A stretch of 63,203 nucleotides of DNA, filler included, from Intoshia linei (lineage: Eukaryota > Animalia > Orthonectida): assembly GCA_001642005.1 (NCBI GenBank). It is 10 parts of 10 records of this genome, joined end to end, with 100 filler letters (N's around TTAATTAATTAA, not from the genome) between each part and the next. Parts side by side here need not be neighbours in the genome. Positions count along the whole stretch, not along the records: positions 55,323 to 63,203 come from LWCA01001509.1; 9 more parts are not named here. The stretch is one strand, 5' to 3'. The translations under genes and the position numbers were made by a program. The notes below the pieces were generated by a model. That model was not told the DNA's origin and ran no database searches. It saw only the letters and a program-made list of their open reading frames with translations. How positions within the stretch are numbered: the stretch's first letter is position 1; every line of letters begins with the position of its first letter. Shown here piece by piece: positions 57,794-63,203 of the stretch.

Positions 57794-60215
57794 ATGAGGT
57801 AAAAAGTGGAATATGAGAGATTAAAAAAGTTTTAGATTATTTATTATTGAAAATATATTATCCTGTCAAAAGCGATTTAGTCGCTATAGTCCAAAATATA
57901 AAGACCCAATAATATCTCGAGAATTGCGAGATAATATAATTGAAAAAAATGACGATCGAAAATTTGACTCTGTGAAAGCCGCAAAAAACGATGCGACACT
58001 GTCTTTAAATTATAATGAACTCTTTGAGTAAATTTAAAATGCTAGTAAATTGTCTATATAAATGTTTAGGTATTTTGTTAACCGATTAATGCGAAACGGT
58101 CGAAAAGGCATTGTCCGTGAAATAATGGAAAAGGTTTTTTGTCATGTATTATCGAAAATTCAGTTTAGACTGTTCGTGAAATAAAATTGGAACAATTGAA
58201 GAAATTTTACGCTGAGCCCGATTTGGAAAAACGTAAATCTATTGAAATTGATGCCAAGAAAATTATGGCTGTTGCAATAAAAAATTGTATGCCAGTGGTC
58301 GAAGTTAAAGAATTTTCTCGTGGTCAAACATTGTATAATGTAAATCTATTTATATAATAAGAATAGTGCTTTATTACTGAGCCTGTAAGAATTGCATTGT
58401 TGGACCCACAGGAATTATAATTTGTTTTGTATTTATATTTTTTTTATTGAGTATATTTCGATGAAATTCCATTTAAAAAATGTTTGGATGCCTGAATTTT
58501 AGAATGTATTGGACTAGATTTGATATCTATATTGATAATTAAATTGTAGGTACCTATACCCTGCCGTTTACATAGACAAAGATTTCTAGCTATAAAATAC
58601 ATAATAGAATCAGCAAAAGTTAAAAGAAGTAATCTTAGTTATGAATATCATTTATGTCGTGAAATCCTTAAAGCATATAACCTAGAAGTAATTTTTAACA
58701 CAAAATTAAAAATTAATTATGGTGAAATTTTGATTGATAATAATAAGAGTTCATTAGAATACGAATGCATGTTAATAGGAGTATAATGCCCTATTATAAT
58801 AATGATTAGATACCAATTCAAGTTCAAATTATAAATATTTGTTACAAAATAATTTAAGCATTTTAAATCATATTCGCGACAATGATTTAGTATTAGAATG
58901 TTATATTGTCCTCGAAAATTTTAATACATGCTGGTTTTCAATTTTGGTGATTTACTAGAGATGGAAAACAGGACTTATATTTCTATAAAAAATGGAAATC
59001 TAACCACGATAAACGTTATTTTTATTAGTCAGAATCTAAAAAGTTTATTTTTGGTGAAAAACGTTGACCCCTGATTTAGATTCTTTTTGTGGATTCTGCA
59101 GTTAACCGAAATAAAAATATAATTCAAAACAAACTTATTCGGTGTTTATTTAAGGAATATAGTGTAAGGTTCATTATCCTCAATGAATGATATATCTGTC
59201 AAATACATTTTAATTAGTAAATAAATTACCATGAATAATGGGGTGAATGAATTATTAATATTACATGTTAATTCATTAAAGTTGTTTTTAATTTTATTGT
59301 TCTTTAAATTTATGTGACAATATTATACGGTTTCATATACAGTAGGGTGTGATTTTTTATACTTTTTTTCGAAATTTCATGGTCCAAATACTGATAAAGT
59401 TGCGTGTGATAGTCTTATGATAATCGTGATTTTATAATGGCAAGCTCTTCCAATTTTTCTTCTTTTCACGATTATCATAAAACTATCACACGCAACTTTA
59501 TCAGTATTTGGACCTAATTTATAAAATTTTGGAACACTCCTAATATACAGTATAACCGTTTTGTGGTTCTCAATTTCGAAAAGTTTCCCAAAAACTGGGG
59601 TTAATGACAAAATCGAATTTTATTTCACTTTTTCCTGCCCAGTATGTATTTATCTTACCTACCCCTAACTTATATTTTTGGTCCTTCCACCCAGGGCCGT
59701 GGAAATTGTAGGCCCTATGAAATTTAACAAATGGAAATAAATAAATTGTGAAAATTTTTAAATTGGGGGAAAATAGTGCCCAAACGATATTTATCTGATG
59801 AACTTCTATGAAATTAACGATACGAAAAATTCCCAAAATTCGCGGAGTCTACTGTATTACAGTGTTTCTACACCTTTTTCATTGAGTGCGCTTGGAAGCA
59901 ATTACAAAAATTAAATTTTCGCTCAAACAAATAACTAAAAAGAATTTTTATATTTGTTGGGTTATTGAAAATCTTTATGATAGTATAAGATTTTGAGAAA
60001 AAATTTAATGTAGCTGACGTAATGTATAATGTGCAATTGTACAAATTAGTATATATCCCGTTTTCTATTTTTTACTGGACGTACGGGTTAAGAAACACTG
60101 GTGTATGATATTAATCAATTATAATTAAAAATTTTAGGGCAACGCCATACGCGAAAAATTAAATTTGTATAAATTATGTGAAAGCAACAAAGCATATTGT
60201 AGTTTTAGATGGTAA
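57794..60215 (+). CDS. MRPS7: Mitochondrial ribosomal protein S7 (uS7m), six exons
   Basis: RFSRYSPKY..VKAA..-YFVNRLMRNGRK..MEK-TVREIK..AIKNCMPVV..RGQTLYN-VPIP..QRFLAIKYII..L.REILKAYNLE-GNAIREKLNLYKLCESNKAYCSFRW*. Confidence 0.9.
59343..59542. mobile_element. hATm-type foldback MITE
   Basis: TAGGGTGT..ACACTCCTA ends, internal ~49-bp inverted repeat, perfect 8-bp TSD ATATACAG. Confidence 0.85.
59548..59854. mobile_element. Tc1/mariner-pogo type MITE
   Basis: TA-cagtataaccg ... cggagtctactg-TA. Confidence 0.55.
59860..60100. mobile_element. hAT MITE
   Basis: TIR cagtgtttct / agaaacactg; TSD ctgtatta/gtgtatga. Confidence 0.65.
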
Positions 60216-60275
60216 ATGTTAATAAATACAATTTATTAAAATTTTAAATTTGCAAAAAATGGTGTGATAAATATA

Positions 60276-61527
60276 TTACAACGAAACTAGATTATTCTCG
60301 TTTAACAAAGATGTATTTTTAGAAGGATAGGTTTCATGTGCTAGTATTTTCAAATTTTTTTTTTCTAGTAAAGGAATTTGATTTTGGTATTTGTTTTCTT
60401 TCATTTTGACACAACATCTATTTACAGTAACATGTTGTGTATTATCAATATCATTAAACAGATTCTATAATAAAACTTGATTGATTTTAAAAATGAATAA
60501 GTAAATTACTTTGTCAATTTTGACTATTTTATAGTTGTGTTTGTATAAACTAAATAAATGCATAAACCCTATAAATTGTGTAATTTACCTTGGCCAATAA
60601 GTGGAACAAATTTGCTCCACCCAATTTAAATAAATAGATTTTGAAAAAGGATTGTTTTTTTTGTATTTCTTTAATAACTATAAAACAATGAACATGTTCA
60701 AATTTCCAAAGAACCTTTTCGTTAGTGGTGTACCCGCAGGAAATTAAGTAAATGTGAAAAAATAATAGAGCATAGACTGGAATGCTGAATATGGTTGTCA
60801 ATATTAATGTTATTATTCTAAATTGAAATATACCACAAAGAAAAAATATAGTAAAATTACGGTCCAATATAGTCTAGTTGGAATCCTTTCGATCGCAGCA
60901 GAGTTTGAATATAAATAATGTTTTGAATAATACAACAAATGCTATGTACAGTGATTGTAGCTAATAAAAGGAAGAAATGTCGATAATTGCGTCGTCCCAC
61001 ACAATTATTTATCCAGGGACAATGATGGTCAAACCTCTAATTTAATAATGTTTATAAAATTAATAAATGGTACCTCTACACAGTGGTGACAGGTACTGCA
61101 ATGAGAGACTCGTGGAGGTCTATAAAATTTACAAGTTTCGCACCATTTCAAGAGTACGACAATTTTATTAATTTTTCGGTGCAAATATAGTGGTGATTTA
61201 AAATCATCATTAATTAACTCGTCTGCAGGGGCTAATTAATACGCTTTATAAATATTTAAGAATTGAGTATACCAGAGTAATAATAACCAGGGTTGATGAG
61301 CATTGCACCAATGTAAAATGAAATAATGTACACGAGGAGTATTAATTGGAGTGCACACATTAGGTAGCCGTAGAATTTGTATGTCTGTATAAAATATCTT
61401 ACACTAAATAGAGTTTGTTTGATAGATACTTTTTAACTTACACAAAAATAAAGTGAACGGCAGAACATCCCAATAACACTAACCATGCAAACAATACTGG
61501 AGCGTATGATGACAATTTTTTAATCAT
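60276..61527 (-). CDS. DHHC palmitoyltransferase, ZDHHC5/8-like
   Basis: [74 protein letters not shown]; stop at 60276-60278; 3' exon boundaries approximate. Confidence 0.9.
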
Positions 61528-61842
61528 ACCAATTTAATAGCGTTTTTTCCAATCTGTTTTATTTTGCATATAAATATCAACATGGTACTTTATATAGCAC
61601 ATTTCTTCCATTAACAATTTCTCCAATATTTCTAATAAATTTATTTTGTTACCAGGGTTATTTATTTATTATGATAAATTAAACTACATTCAATTTTGTT
61701 TCTAGGATTATCTAGGATGCCTTTTATTTTTGTTTTGATGTTTATCTATCATTATTTCTTTAAGGATAGTGAGTCAATTAGTTTAAAAAATTTATTAAGT
61801 TCAAACAAATTTAATTATAGTTAAAGTATAATTTAAGTTTCT

Positions 61843-63203
61843 TCAATTTTGTTTGTCAATAGAATGGTGTTGCCTGATTGGTTTCCTAGGATTAAGTTTA
61901 TTTACTGGTTCGGCTATGATGTTGGTAATATTATTACTACCTTTCTTTGGAAAAGATATTTGATAGTCATCTAAATATTTGGGATATTTTAAGTTTTTAC
62001 GTAGTCTGAAACGTGGTTGAGTTTTATTAACGATTGGGTTATTTATTTCAAGGTTTTTTACCAAGCTAGATTCCCTTTTAGGGCTTTTTTATCATAATAA
62101 TATTAGGTTAGTGGCGGATACTGAGCAAAATCATTGAAAATTGTTCGTCCCAGTCGTTGACTTCTAAATTACAATTTACTCTTATTTTGTTACGTATTGT
62201 GAGATTCATCCTTTCCACTGTGGCCACACTGTTGTGATTATATGGTGTACAATTAGTTTTTATGAAACCACATAATTGAGATAAATTTTTCATGATATTT
62301 GATTCGAATTGAGTACCACAGTCCGTGTGTATTCTGTGAGGTACTCCATATCTTGATATGATGTTACTTATAATACCCTTTGCCACATTTTCCGCGGTTA
62401 TTTTTTGTAATGGGATGGCTTCAGGCCAGCCATTGAATTGGTTTAACATGACTAGAATGTATTTGTTTTTATTCTGTGTTGTTGGCAAGGGTCCTAATAT
62501 ATCTACTTCCTATCTTTCACCAAATTTCGTACTATATATTTTTTTTAAGGTTTGGTGCGATGCCTTCTTCCGGGTTTCCCTGTATTGCATTTAACACATT
62601 TTTGTATCCAATTTTTTACATCTTGTGTCATGTTAGGCCAGAAATAAAAATTTTGTATTAGTTCAATAGTTTTGTTTATTCCTGAATGACAGTTAAACTT
62701 AGAGTCGTGGAAGAATTTAAGAATTTCTTGTATTTTGTTATCTGGGATGAGTAGCAGTTTTTTTTATTTTTTTCCAGATAGATGTGTCCTTGTTTATTTA
62801 TTTTTATGTTTTTAAAAATGTTTTTGTATGGATTGTGTTGTAGTATTTGAGTATTCTTTATTTTTGAATTTATTAGCTGTTTACAGTATACATCATTTAC
62901 CTGTTTCCTTAATATGCCAAATGGATGTTACTTCCAGCTTGGAAGGTTCATGAACGTTAACGGTTTATGATCTGTTACTATTTTAAACGGACATTCTTGT
63001 AGGTAGTGTCTGAATTTTAAGACTGACCAAATGATTGCAAAGAATTCTTTATCGAAAACACTGTATTTTACTTGTGCAGGATTTAATTTTTTACTTGCGT
63101 ATTGAATGACTTTTGAGCCTTGCATTAACACATTAATTGCATGCACCGAGGAATGATCGTACTGCTTTCACGGTCTTTGGTATACTCATATTTGTTATTG
63201 CCT
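61843..63203 (-). mobile_element. Degenerate Ty3/Gypsy pol (RNase H, integrase)
   Basis: YASKKL..YSVFDKEFFAI..VTDHKPL; GPLPTT..KYILV..WPEAIPL..RYGVP.RIHTDCGTQF..VERMN. Confidence 0.88.

Overview
Very AT-rich eukaryotic (animal) genomic scaffold, not prokaryotic. It consists of 10 contigs joined by nine artificial 100-nt linkers (N-TTAATTAATTAA-N). Genes have many tiny GT-AG introns (about 35-60 nt) plus a few kb-size introns packed with transposon derivatives, so most genes had to be rebuilt by hand from exons the ORF track misses. Genes in order: CFAP54-like ciliary gene (-), last exons of a UBR3-like N-recognin (-), TMEM132-like gene (+, stops at both ends), beta-tubulin cluster (+), 3' part of a cGMP-dependent kinase (+), orphan secreted protein (+), papain-family C-terminus (+), minimal SMAP-like ArfGAP (+), eIF2-gamma (+, 3' end missing), GABA/taurine-type SLC6 transporter (-), unknown gene (-), MRPS7 (+) and ZDHHC5/8-like palmitoyltransferase (-). 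Mobile DNA: hAT (Buster, hATm, many MITEs), Helitron, piggyBac, Tc1, pogo/Tigger, Harbinger-like and Gypsy remnants. CFAP54 plus an axonemal-type tubulin tail in a compact, divergent genome suggests a small ciliated invertebrate, possibly a reduced parasite such as an orthonectid; this is inference only. Best candidate for something new: an 'orphan' beta-tubulin terminal exon (28379-29280) that shows strong purifying selection but has no exons 1-2 of its own, implying alternative last-exon splicing, interleaved genes or trans-splicing. All homology calls rest on motifs recalled from memory; no search was run.
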